Part shown: in pieces, positions 1-11,538 of the stretch
Numbering within the stretch: position 1 is the first letter of the stretch
How the letters are laid out: each line of letters starts with the position of its first letter
From: Centroscyllium fabricii
Lineage: Eukaryota
DNA: 64,000 bases
Assembly (NCBI GenBank): GCA_051313645.2
Contig: JBNRSN020000018.1
Location: 98,518,001 to 98,582,000, forward strand
Direction: 5' to 3'
The notes under the pieces: generated by a model
What the model saw: only the letters and a program-made list of their open reading frames with translations
Told to the model about the DNA's origin: nothing
The model's database searches: none
Position numbers and translations under genes: made by a program

Positions 1-3000
1 GAACTGGTCAGGGTGTTGTGGGCGTACTCTACCCACAGGAGTAACTGGGACCAGGAAGAGGGATTCTGGGAGACCATACATCGTAGTGCCTTCTCCATCT
101 CCTGATTCATGCGTTCAGACTGCCCGTTGGACTGCGGATGAAAACCTGAAGACAGACTGACTGTGGCCCCGATCAGCCTGCAGAACTCCCTCCAGAATAC
201 TGACGTAAACTGTGGACCCCGATCAGAGACTACGTCGACAGGAAGACCATGAAGACGGAAAACATGTTGCAGCATAAGTTCAGCCGTCTCCTTCGCCGAG
301 GGCAGTTTAGGCAGAGGTATGAAATGAGCCATCTTTGTCACGGGGTGCCTGTTCCTTTAAATATTAGAAACAGTTTTTGCTGTTTCTCCACAGCTGTTTC
401 AAGGAATAGGTTCCTTGTTATGTTATTAACTGTTCAATTATCTATGTATGTGCTAGTTGTGCTCTGCTCTCATCCCCTCAGGATTATTGGCTATCACCCA
501 ATAGGGTACTTGCTGGGTTTAGGATATAATCAGGAGGTTGGCTGAGAGCAGATGCGGGATCATTTGATGGTAATGCGTCTTGGGACTGGAGATCCATTAT
601 TCATTCTACAGGCCACTGGAAGGAGGTGGTTTTCTGCTGGTGTGCTGAGTGGCCGTCAGAGGCAAGGAGGTTGCAGATCGACTGACTCAGCTTGTACTTG
701 TACTTTGCAATTTCAGGTGCTCAGGCTGGGTTGCCCAACAGGGGCATTGGGGTGGAACTCATTTCCCTCCGCCTTGACAGTGCGCCCTGCTATTGGGAAC
801 TCAGCAATGGACATTCATCTGTTTGGTAAGGGAGTCCCCCTGCCAGTAGATCTGGTGCGCTACTGCCTGATTGCCATGGGGTTAAGTCTCTGTGACAGAG
901 CAGAAGAAGTAGGTCGGACCCATTTCTACTACATGGACATTCATCTCTTCATCCGAGCCCTGGTTTGGACATTGGTAATCTGGAAGCATAAGCTGTTCCC
1001 ACATCCTCTACGTAGAGGGTGGAGTGAGATGTCATGCTCGCTGAGGAGGACTTGCTTGGTTCTCTTTAGGTTGGACAGTTATGCCAGGACTGGTATTCTT
1101 GGGGAGAATGGCGCGCTGGATTGCGTAGCACCCCTCTATTCATTGCTCGCTGTGTTGGGAAGTTTGTGCCGGTCTGTTTATAAGACTTGTGTTGTATATG
1201 TGTTCTATATAATTGTATGTTTAGGGTATTATATGGGGTTTTAGTAATAAAGGAGTTTGGTTTTATAAACGTTTCAGTGTCTCTGCATTTGGGCCCCGCC
1301 TTCATTCCGAATACACCCAACCGTTACAATCTTGCTGAATCGGTCCACCACTGTCAGGATAGTGGTTAGTCCCTTGGATGGAGGCAGACCGGTAACAAAG
1401 TCCAAGGATATGTGGGACCAAGGACGATGTGGCACCGGCAGAGGTTGCAGAAGACCAGCGGGAGCCCGATGAGATGGCTTGTGTTGGTTGCAGACTGAGC
1501 AGGCGTTGACAAACTCCCGGGTGTCTTCTTCCAGAGTATCCCACCAGAACCTCCGCAGTATAACCTCCTTGGTCCTTTGAGCCCCCGGATGGCAGGAAAG
1601 CGTGGAAGCATGGGCCCACTGGAGAACATCAGGTCGAAGGTCCTTGGGAACGAATAGACGGTCGGGAGGACAACCGCTGGGTCCAGCCTGATTCTCCACG
1701 GCTGATCTCACCCTCTCCTCGATCTCCCACATAACGGCAGCAATTAGACTTGGAGCTGGAAGGATGAGGTCAGATCCAGGAGCGGAACTCTCCTCCTTCT
1801 GGAACTGGCGGGACAGAGCATCAGGCTTGACATTGCGAGAACCAGGCCGGTAGGAGAGGGTGAAGTTGAAACGGGTAAAGAAGAGGGACCACCTAGCCTG
1901 CCGTGAATTCAGCCTCTTGGCCGTGCGAATGTATTCGAGGTTCTTATGGTCTGTCCAGACTAGGAACGGCAGCTTGGTCCCCTCTAGCCAATGGCACCAC
2001 TCCTCCAATGCCATCTTGACCGCCAGTAACTCCCGGTTCCCGATGTCATAATTCATCTCAGCCGAGGACAGGCGTTTAGAAAAATAGGCACAGGGATGTA
2101 GCTTTTGGTCGGAAGCAGAATGTTGGGACAGAATAGCCCCTACTCCAACATCTGATGCATCCACCTCAACCACGAACTGCTGATCCAGATCAGGCACCTG
2201 GAGAATGGGAGCAGAGGTGAACCGGGACCTGAGACCTCGAAAAGCCTCCTCCGCTGCAGAAGACCACAGAAACGGCACCTTAGAGGAGGTAAGGGCCGAT
2301 AACTACCATGCTGTAGCCGCGAATGAACCTTCGATAGAAGTTAGCGAACCCCAGGAACCGCTGTAGCTGTTTACGTGTCTCCGGAATAGGCCAAGACGCG
2401 ACAGCTGACACCTTTTCTGGATCCATCTGCACGCTCCCCTGCGCAATGATGTACCCCAAGAAAGATACGGTAGTGACGTGAAACTCACACTTCTCCGCCT
2501 TCACAAATAACGAGTTCTCGAGAAGCCGTTGCAGGACAGTCTGGACATGGTGAACATGCTCATCACGAGACTTAGAAAAAATCAAAATGTCGTCCATGTA
2601 AACGAACACAAACCGGTTCAGCATGTCTCTTAACACGTCATTCACCAAGGCTTAGAATACCGCCGGGGCGTTGGTTAACCCGAACGGCATTACGAGGTAT
2701 TCATAATGTCCAGAGGGAGTGTTGAAAGCTGTCTTCCATTCATCGCCCTCTCGGATCCGGACCAGGTGATAGGCATTACGAAGGTCAAGCTTGGTAAAGA
2801 TGATCGCCCCCTGTAGCAACTCAAAGGCAGAAGAGATGAGAGGAAGAGGATACCAGTTCTTTATCGTGATGTCATTTAGACCCCTGTAGTCGATGCATGG
2901 TATCAGCGACCCGTCCTTCTTACCAACAAAAAAGAATCCAGCCCCAGCAGGTGATGAAGAGGAACGGATGATCCCCGCCGCCATAGAGTCGCTGATGTAC

Positions 3001-3686
3001 GTTTCCATGGCCTCCCTCTCAGGTGCAGACAAGGAATACAGGCGTCCCTTGGGCGGGGAAGACCCTGACAGCAGATCAATGGCGCAATCATAGGGGCGAT
3101 GTGGAGGCAGCGACGTGGCTCTAGCCTTGCTGAATACCTCCCTAAAATCGTGGTATTCAGTGGGGACCACCGAAAGATCTGGAGCTGGAAGAGGTGTTAA
3201 TGGCTGTCGGGAGACGGTAGCCTGTTTCAGACAGACCTGGTGACAGGAGGAACTCCACCCCAGAATAGTTCCCGTGTTCCAGTCAATGTGGGGGTTGTGG
3301 CGGTGAAGCCACGTGTGTCCCAGAATCAAAGGAAGCCGAGGTGATTTCAGGATATGAAACTGAATACTTTCATAATGATTACCAGACATAAGCATGTGAA
3401 CCGGTGAGGTCTGATGTGTCACCATTCCCAGGAGGTGGCCGTCGAGGGCGTTGGCAGGAACCGGCTGTGGCAGTGGAACCCGGTCAATCTCCAGCTGTGT
3501 GACAAGATCCTCATCAATAATGTTAACGTCGGCTCCAGAGTCAATAAAGGTGGCGAGAGTCTGGGATCCACTGGGAAGAAGAAGTCTGGCCTGGCACAAG
3601 GGTCGTGGATTGGGAGAGAGTCTTGTAGGAGTTCGGCTCACCAGTACGACCCCATCTACTGGTGAGCCCGGCCTTTTGCTGGGCAT
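1..3686 (-). pseudogene. pol: pol (PR-RT-RH-IN) of the sushi-like element, disrupted
   Basis: ORF pieces 2652-3686, 2280-2648 and 1274-2278, plus 1-335. In-frame stop near 2652, frameshift near 2290, solo LTR insertion at 336-1328. Confidence 0.93.
336..1328 (+). repeat. solo LTR (993 bp) inserted into the integrase
   Basis: TGTCAC...GTTACA termini. 5-bp TSD ATCTT at 331-335 and 1329-1333. TATA-like near 525, AATAAA near 1246. U5 end (GCATTTGGGCCC...AACCGTTACA) resembles the host element's LTR. Confidence 0.93.
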
Positions 3687-4624
3687 CAGGAAACAAAATG
3701 GCCGGCGTGGCCACAGTACAGACAGAGATTCCCCTGGCGGCGTCGTTCATGCTCCTCCAATGAGAGACTGGTGCGACCCAACTGCATAGGTTCGGGCCCC
3801 ACTGACTGTGACCTTGCTGTCGCAGTAGACCTGGGTGCCACGAAAATCTCTTGAGACCGTTTCGGAGGAGGTCGACCAGTCGTTCCCAGTCGTCTCTCAC
3901 GTCGACGCGCCTGGAACTGGAGGTCAATCCTGGTGGCAAGACTAATTAGTTCATCCAGAGTGGAAGGGAGATCATAGGAGACCAGTTCATCCTTGATGTA
4001 CTCTGCAAGCCCATGGAGAAAAACGTCACATAATGCAGCAGAGTTCCAATCACTCTGACGAGCACTGATTCGGAAATCTATGGAATAGTCGGCCACTGTC
4101 TGATTACCCTGGCTCAGATTCATGAGTCCCCGAGCTGCTTCAGAGCCGTAGGTCACCATGCCGAACACCTTTCTTAATTCGATGGCAAACCTCTGGAAGG
4201 AAGAGCAAGCCAGAGTCTCTCTCTCCCACTTGGCGGTTCCCCAGAGGCGAGCTCTTCCTGTAAGGTGGTTAATAGCAAAGGCTACCTTTGCCGCCTCATT
4301 GGCAAAGGTGTGGGGCTGCAATGCAAAAAGAATGGAACAGTTTGTGAGGAAGGGATTGCATTCCTCAGGTTCACCAGCATAACGCTCCGGGACCCCGACC
4401 CGGGGTTCCGGTGTGAGGCCTTGTGGGTGAGGCATGGATGCCGACACCAATGCTGGAGCAAGAACTGGTGGTGGTGGGATCCCTTCTGCGTCCTTAGCTG
4501 CCTGTTGGATCAGGGCGGCGGTTAGCTGCTCCAATTGAGTGAATAGCTTCCCCAAGGCCTGCCCCTGGTGCCTTAGGGCGCACTCGACCTGTGCAAGACG
4601 ATTCGGTGTGTCTGCTGGGTCCAT
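3686..4624 (-). pseudogene. gag: gag of the sushi-like element (PEG10/RTL1-related type), with a stop inside the zinc knuckle
   Basis: MDPAD...PERYAGEPEECNPFL...[14 protein letters not shown]; the CCHC knuckle is interrupted by TGA. Confidence 0.9.
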
Positions 4625-4629
4625 TTCTG

Positions 4630-4640
4630 GCCAGATCGTT
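4630..4640 (-). promoter_or_regulatory. self-priming PBS (Tf1/sushi type)
   Basis: AACGATCTGGC, 1 nt after the LTR, is the exact complement of GCCAGATCGTT (4986-4976), which starts 31 nt after the first base of the TATA box. Confidence 0.85.
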
Positions 4641-4641
4641 C

Positions 4642-5146
4642 TGTAACGGTTGTAGGTTGGGCCCAAATGCAATACACCGAAAACATACGTAGAAGTAAAC
4701 TCCTTTATTTCTGAGCAGTAGAAGACATAGGTAACAGTGGGTCAATATATCGGCAGAAAGTTCACGGAGGCAACAAGTCCAAAACAGAGTTCAGGCAGAA
4801 GAGAATCCAAATAACAAAAAAACAGTTCAATACCGGGTAGTCCGTCCACGGGAGCGACAAATCCAAAACGAGGTCAGGCAGAAGAGAATCCAAATTCCAG
4901 AAAGCAGGTCAGTATCTTGAACAGGCAGGATCAGAGAGCTAGAACTACACACAGGTATCACAGTCAGAAAGAACAAACGATCTGGCAACCTCTAGGTAGA
5001 AAATAGGAGCTTATATACAGCTCTTGATTATCACTGGTGAATCTGGGCTGTCCAATCAGGTGCGGGCAGTAGAGCTAACGAAGTGATAACCAGTTAAAGG
5101 GGAAGAGCCAACCTAAGAGTTAAAGGGGAAGAGCCAACCTATGACA
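4642..5146 (-). repeat. 5' LTR of the sushi-like element
   Basis: Minus strand reads TGTCAT...GTTACA. TATATAA at 5017-5011, AATAAA near 4709, 24-bp tandem duplication in U3 (5092-5141). Confidence 0.88.
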
Positions 5147-5950
5147 GAGAGTGCCAGGCATAGATAGTTGGAGGGATACAGAAAGATGCAGTGAGGCTTC
5201 AAGACCAAGGTCCTTCCCTGTGTGCTGTCAGTTGTGCTCCAAGCATCAGAGTGTGAGGGCTACTCAGTGGAATAGTTAAGTGTTTGTGAGCATAGAGGGA
5301 AAGGGAATGGGTAAGGGTGCATGGATATGAGTGTGAAGTGGGATATGGAGGAAGAGATTGCTGAAGCCAAGTGCTGGTGATCAACGGCAATAGGGATCAG
5401 ATTGAGGGTGTTGGGAACTTCATACTTACTTTTCCAGATCGATGCAGGTCTTGGAATCTCTTCCTGCACTGGATCCACGAACAAGGTGTCAGGGCTATGG
5501 AGTTCACTGCTTCTGAGATCTGCTGCCAAGCAGCCTTTGTCTGACAGGGAGGTCTCTTCCTCCCTGATGCAGGTAAGAGAGCCTCCCTGTGGGCCCTAGC
5601 CCCCTCTACCAATGCCTGTAGAGAGCCTTCGTCAAACGTTGGGGAGGGTCGGGCACTACCGTGGACAACAGCTGCTGCAGGCTCCTGCTCCATTCTCCCT
5701 GCTGCAATGCGAAGTCTGCAGACTGAGGAAGGCTTGCTGTGTGCCTAAAAAGCAACAGACACGATGACATCATACTGTGCGACTTTCTGACTGGGAACAG
5801 TCAATTGGCAGGGGCTCTGACACGCGGGGAATTAATTGGCCAATTGAGCCAAAATTGCGTGGGGTCCCAAGCCCTTGAACATTCGGGACAGAAACCTAAT
5901 CCGCCCAAAACCCGCCAGCTTCCCACACCTTTGCGAAAATCCCCCCCCAT
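5147..5950 (-). mobile_element. PIF/Harbinger fragment with exon 1 of the Myb/SANT DNA-binding gene
   Basis: ORF 5397-5693 (F.EGSLQALV...AWQQISEAVN...W.QCRKRFQDL), followed by a GTAAGT donor near 5429. Homologous to 35271-35510. Confidence 0.8.
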
Positions 5951-6283
5951 AAATGGTAATTAATTGCTAAATGCTGTCACCACCATGTTAAATGCTGGCA
6001 GCATTGTCAAATATCTATGTTTACATTTATTTAAACAAACTCAGGTATCACATTCCACTGAAAGGGTTTCTGTACACCAGAGCCACACGAGAGCACAGCA
6101 AAAAGGCCCAACATGGAGGTAGGTCAAGAGTCATGAATTAGTCACTTGCGATTAAATTTACTGTAAAATCCATGAAGTGCTCAAGTCAATAATGGTTTTG
6201 GAAGAGAAAACTTGGGCAGCGGTACAACCCCTTTACTCATAATATTGCCTCAAATGATTTTGGAGTGCTGGTTAAACTTTAGG

Positions 6284-6405
6284 TAAGAAAGAAAGGACGA
6301 AAGAAAGGACGAAAGGACGAAAGAAAGAAAGAAAGAAAGGACGAAAGAAAGAAAGGACAAAAGAAAGGACAAAAGAAAGGACAAAAGAAAGAAAGAAAGA
6401 AAGGA
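6284..6405. repeat. AAAG/AAAGAAAGGAC compound microsatellite (SINE tail)
   Basis: Directly visible tandem repeats. Confidence 0.9.
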
Positions 6406-6660
6406 CATACATTTATATAGCGCCTTTCACGACCACCGGACGTCTCAAAGCGCTTTACAACCATGTAGTCACTGCCATAATGTGGGAAACACAGCAACCA
6501 GTTTGCGCACAGCAAGCTTCCACAAACAGCAATGTGATAATGACCAGATAACCTGTTTTTGTTATGTTGGTTGAGGGATAAATATTGGCCAGGCCATTGG
6601 GGAGAACTCCCCTGCTCTTCTCCAAAATAGTGCCATGGGATCTTTTACGTCCACCTGAGA
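6400..6660 (-). mobile_element. DeuSINE (SacSINE1-like) 3' part
   Basis: Minus strand reads TCAGGTGGACGTAAAAGATCCCATGGCACTATTT...GAAGAGCAGGGGAGTTCTCCC (Deu domain) with the tail AAAGGCGCTATATAAATG. Confidence 0.75.
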
Positions 6661-8504
6661 TCTTTTCCTTTCCAATCCTCCAGTCCTCCCATTTCTTTTA
6701 ACGGCAATTCTTTCTTGGCTGTTTTTAATGGGTTTACCCCTCGTTCCCTCCCCACTCCTGTTCTCCTCAAGCTGCATTCATGCCACAGGCAGTTCTTGGG
6801 AGAAGGATCAGTGTAAAAAACAAGAAATTATACGATAAAATGATAAGGACGGGAACAGCTTACCCAACTGTTCCAGTTCACATTAATATTTGGTTAAAAA
6901 GGCTGCTGCTAATACATGGCATGCCTGTCAGGATCAGAGGGCAAAAAGATATGGTAACATTTTGGATGGAAAGCCTTAGTCCTATTTCCAGCATCCACAG
7001 TTTTTCTCTGCTGGCTGAATGAATACGAGAAATGTGAAAGAAAGATCCTATAGTTGTACAAAGTTCACAATAAAGAATTGGAGCAAGAATGAATTCTTTC
7101 TGGTTAATGTACATTTCCTAGTTGTCTGGCTTGGACGAGTTACTGAAGAAGCTTTTGCCAAAATAGAATAGCAGAACATGAAATAAAGTAATTACAAGAA
7201 ACATTCATGCAATTCATTTAATTACATCCAACTAAGTAGGAGAAACAATAAATAACGTTTAGAATAAAGTCTGACTATTTTTCCTGGCTAATGAATAAAT
7301 GCTGTGAGGTTATTGGAGTTGCCGTGGGAAGTGTGGGAATTGCTACTGGCAAAGAAAGAAAAGAATTGTGTGGAAGGACAGACTTGGAGCTCATGAAACC
7401 TTTTATTTAGCTAAATCTTTAGAGTGAGAGTCATAGGAATGAGCATGCAGCCAACAAACGCCATTGGATGTACAAAAAGCCTGCATCATCCTTGATTTAT
7501 TGATTAAAATTTGAATGAGACTTGCAGGAGAAAGTGAAGATAGATGATCCTCTGTATTGAGAGGCAAACTGCAAGGTGTACCCACTGCAAGGAGACCAAG
7601 GCTGGAGAATTTGTTGGAAGGTAACCATTGGGGAAGCCTGATGCCCCAGTCAGGGGAAGTCTAGACTATTCGGTGGCAAGAAGGATTCAGCTTGAAACAT
7701 TTGACATGTTAAGTCTGGAACAACCAGCAGGTGAAAGCTGGAGTTTTAAAGGAAGTTTGGAATGCCGGTCAGGAAAAGCTGGACATATTTAGCTTTGGGA
7801 ATTTTAGAGTACTGGTTTTGAGATGCCTGAGGCATCTGTTTTACAATGGCTGGTACATCAAGAGGTTGAGGCTGAGGCTGGACAATCCACTGGGTAAATC
7901 CTGAACATTCATTGTGTTGCCGAAAGCATCTCAGGCAAGGCATCGTGTGAAAAGAATGGAATGTGGAAACATTGACACGAAAGCAAGAACGTGTCAGAAA
8001 AAGAGCCAAAAGATATTTTCGGGGAAGCTTACACTGAAAGCTTATCACCAAAGGAGCCATAAATTTTGAAGCCAAGGTAAGTGGTATGAACTATAGGAAA
8101 TTGTATAACTGAGCTATCTACAGCACAAGAGGTGGCCATTTGGCTTAGGGTTACAACTCCTGGTATTAGAAATGTAACCAAAGAGTAATATCTGCTCCCG
8201 ACTGTCAGAAGCAGTAACACTGACATGGCAACTCCACCTTTTTGCCAGAGGCTCCTTTCCAGCAATTGCAGAAGACTTGGCAAGTTTGAAGTTCACTGCT
8301 GCCCGATCTCAAGATGCTGGTGGATACATTAAAGTCAGCATCAATATGCAAGAGTAGTAAAGTCTGAAAGGGCTTTTCAAAAGGATGTGACAGTCTGGAC
8401 ATAAACAATTGCATCTATGTTGACCATTCAAGCACCTGTGCAATATCTTATGAGAAGAATAGCATTCGAATGTCTGATACTTGATGCCAGAGGGGAGGGG
8501 AGGG

Positions 8505-9021
8505 GAGTTCTGTCACTAGACTAGTAAGCCAGGGGCTCAGTCAAATGCTCTGAGGATATGGGTTCAAATCCCACCATGGCAGCTGGTGGAATTTAAATTC
8601 AATTTAATTCTTCGTCTCGTTGTATTGTACTAGTACTCTGCAATGACAATAAAACTTGAATTGAATTAAATGTTAGTCTTAGTAATGGCGACCATGATAC
8701 CATTGTCGATTGTTGCAAAAACCCATCTGGTTCACTAATGTCCTTTAGGGAAGGAAATCTGCCATCCTTACCTGGTCTGGCCTACACGTGACTCCAGACC
8801 CACAGCAATGTGGTTGACTCTTAATGCCCTCTGAAATGGCCCAGCAAGCCACTCAGTTGTAAACAACCGCTACGCAGCATTGTGGGTGTACCTACACCAT
8901 ATGGACTGCAGCGGTTCAAGAAGGCGGCTCACCACCATCTTCTCAAGGGCAATTAGGGATGGGCACTAAATGCAGGCCTAGCCAGCCAGCGACGCCCACA
9001 TCCCATCAATGGATAAAAAAA
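8505..9021 (+). mobile_element. tRNA-derived SINE with LINE-derived tail; contains a short Rex/Babar tail insertion (~8610-8668)
   Basis: Box B GGTTCAAATCC. Core GGTTCACTAATGTCCTTTAGGGAAGGAAATCTGCC. Tail translates as LQRFKKAAHHHLLKGN. A-rich end. Confidence 0.7.
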
Positions 9022-9039
9022 GAGTGGGAAACTACTGTT

Positions 9040-9812
9040 ACCAGGAGGGACTGGAGATACTGGGGAGATTTCCACTGCAACAGAGACGGATAAGAGGAGA
9101 TTTAATAGAGGCTTTTAAAATTATAAAAGGTATTGATAGAATTAATTGAGAATGACTATTTCCTTTGGTTGGAGAGTCAGTGATGAGGAGTGATTAATTT
9201 AAAATCATCACTAAGACAGTGAGGAGTAGTTAGGAAAATTTCTTTATGCAGAGTTGTTTCTTTATTCTTTATGCAGAGTTACCTACGGAGGTCTCTGAAC
9301 ATTATTAAAGACCACACACACCCCAGCCACAGTCTGTTCGCACCCCCTACCCTCCGGGAAAGGCTACAGATCAATCCGCACCCGCACGACCAGATTCAAG
9401 AACAGCTTCTTCCCCGGGGCTGTCAGTCTCCTGAACTCTAACAAAAAACTCCAGTATCTGCACACCTGAAATGTACTTTATTGTATGAAATTGTATGTAA
9501 CTTATTTGCACTACTCTCGGGAGCGGCGAGTCTTTCGTTTCATTGTATTGTACTCGTACTCTGCAATGACAATAAAACTTGAATTGAATTGAAGTTAAAG
9601 TATGGGATCCTTTGCCACAAGTAATAATTGAGGCAGAAATCGTTGCATTTTTCAAGAGACAAATGGCTAGATATTCGAAGCAATGGAAGATAACGGGCTA
9701 TTGGGAGAGCGCGGAGCCGTGAGATTAGTTTTGGGTTACTCGAGCAATGAGCTGGCACAGACATGATGGGCTGAATAGCTCCCTTCTAAGCTGGAAAACT
9801 TCTAAAGTTCTA
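9040..9812 (+). mobile_element. old CR1 LINE 3' fragment, interrupted by Rex/Babar
   Basis: RRIRGDLIEAFKIIKGIDR motif; tail ATGGGCTGAATAGCT. Confidence 0.75.
9283..9593 (+). mobile_element. Rex1/Babar-type LINE 3' fragment
   Basis: IIKDHTHPSHSLF...PSGKGYRSIRTRTTRFKNSFFPGAVSLLN; ends AATAAA + (TTGAA)n. Confidence 0.8.
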
Positions 9813-10850
9813 GGAGGCAAGTGACTGGTGCATTCATGTGTTTTCCTACAACATCCACCCTTTCATGGCTGGCCCAAAGAGATTTAAATCATGAAGTCAC
9901 TTAGCAGGGCCCAATGAATGATATCCCTCTGCAGTCAGCGCTCCATCATCCAGCATCACTACTCCTCTGCCAGCTTTTGAGAAGTGACTCATTCTTTGTT
10001 TACATTATCGCATCACTGAACATTCCAGTGTGTGAATCTCTGGGATATTCCATGATGATACTGAGCGTTCCGATGAGATTTGTTGCTGAGAAACCCGGCT
10101 TGATGCTCCTGGGGTTCTAGCAAGCTTGAAACAAGAAAAAAGGGCAGATGGTAAGTCAACCTGCAGAGTTAGGCATGTTGATGCTATGCAGACAGTCCAT
10201 GGCACATTTCGCAGCATAACAATCACTGCTTTCCACACATTTACACAGAGAAGGTTTGCAATTCTAAGTATAAAATAACCTGGGGCACATTCCTCCTCTT
10301 CCACTTGTACCTTGCCTATGCTGTGTCCAGCTTCCCAGCCAATGGGCTCCAAGATAGTACCCTCAAAAAAATTAGAGGATTGATCTGCTGAGCCTCTCCA
10401 CCTACCTTCGCTTTACTCCTCCCATTGAAAGCAACCTTTTCCTGTAAGTAGATGAAAGAGAAGATGTAATGCTTTGAGTGAATATTTCATGCTGTGTATA
10501 TCACACAGCAGCAGTTTTCTGGCCTTGCGTGTGAAGTATCAGAATATAAAGTACCTAGCTTACAGGAAGTTTGAGAGCTGTCTGAGTGCATGGTAATTGG
10601 TAGATGCGTGTGAACAATTATCGTCAATCTTCAGTCTTTCCCAGCTGCACCACTGTAGGTTCCGTCCCGCTGGGCTCCTTCACAACCATGTCTTGCTTCC
10701 ACTTGTGTTGTATTGACAGCAGGTTACTGTGCCAACTTAACTTAAGTATCTGCTTGTGGTGTATGCACACGACACCATAAGTGAGGGTCAGGTTGATATG
10801 TCTCTGCGTCTCCGCTCTTACGTATTCTTAATTCCAATCCTCGAGGTGTA

Positions 10851-11127
10851 TGTGAGTCAAATGAGAGACAGTCCAGAGAGCTTAGTAAACACTGCTTTAT
10901 TATCTATCATTCCAGGGAAGCACAGGGATACGTTCGAGTACATCGCCTTATATCCCCAGTGCCCTAACGCTGCACTACTATATCCTTCCACTACACATAC
11001 AAGTCCCGGTCCAGCTGCTATGCCATTGGCTCACAGGCTGATACAGCGGCATTGCCATTGGCTCACAGTCTGTCCATCACAGCCCACTCACAGTCCACTC
11101 ACATACACCACACAGGTGACACTCACA
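10851..11127 (-). repeat. solo LTR-like insert
   Basis: 7-bp terminal inverted repeat TGTGAGT...ACTCACA. Minus-strand TATA (~10950) and AATAAA (~10900). No TSD found. Confidence 0.65.
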
Positions 11128-11538
11128 ACTCCCTTAGGTGCAATACCACGCTTGGCCACAGCTTGTACAAAAGAGGCAGCGTGGAGCGACCTAAGCCACT
11201 CCTGAGTTATCGACTGTGAATAAAGAGCTCTGTACCTGTATTGGAAGTCTTGTGGAGCTGCGAGTACTTAAAGAATGCACAGAGACAGAGCTAAAGGAAA
11301 ACACAACTTTACTCTAGAGATTCAAAACATGGAAGAGGCAGAACCACGAGGTATCAACATTTTTAAACTGTCCCGCCGTTGGTGACGTCATCACGTCCAC
11401 CGACGTGGTGACGCAACCGCATCACGTGGTTGAGCGAGCCGCGCTCCGCGGAGCCCCGTTGGCGGATTCGTAATCCCAGCGGGTGTGCCGCTACACAGCT
11501 CCCCCCAGAATCCGTCCGGGAGAAATAAATTGCCGTGT

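Larger units (their letters stand above)
1..5146 (-). mobile_element. Ty3/Gypsy sushi/Tf1-like (chromovirus) LTR retrotransposon, degenerate; 3' end runs off the window
   Basis: 5' LTR 4642-5146, then gag, PR (FIDSGAD), RT (YMDD), RNase H (DASD..G) and integrase ([12 protein letters not shown]). Positions 335->1 continue the integrase ([18 protein letters not shown]...SDRGPQF...FHPQSNGQ) across an inserted solo LTR. Confidence 0.95.

Noticed and set aside
552-1244. 230-aa ORF as a possible env or accessory gene
   Set aside because: Lies wholly within a TSD-flanked solo LTR and has no recognisable motif.
3686-4672. Host PEG10/RTL-like gene
   Set aside because: Retains LTR, PBS and a decayed pol, so it is an ordinary retroelement copy.
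6700-8450. Short ORFs as host exons or a degraded LINE ORF2
   Set aside because: Only faint endonuclease-like hints (ADFNV on the minus strand); not enough for a call without a search.
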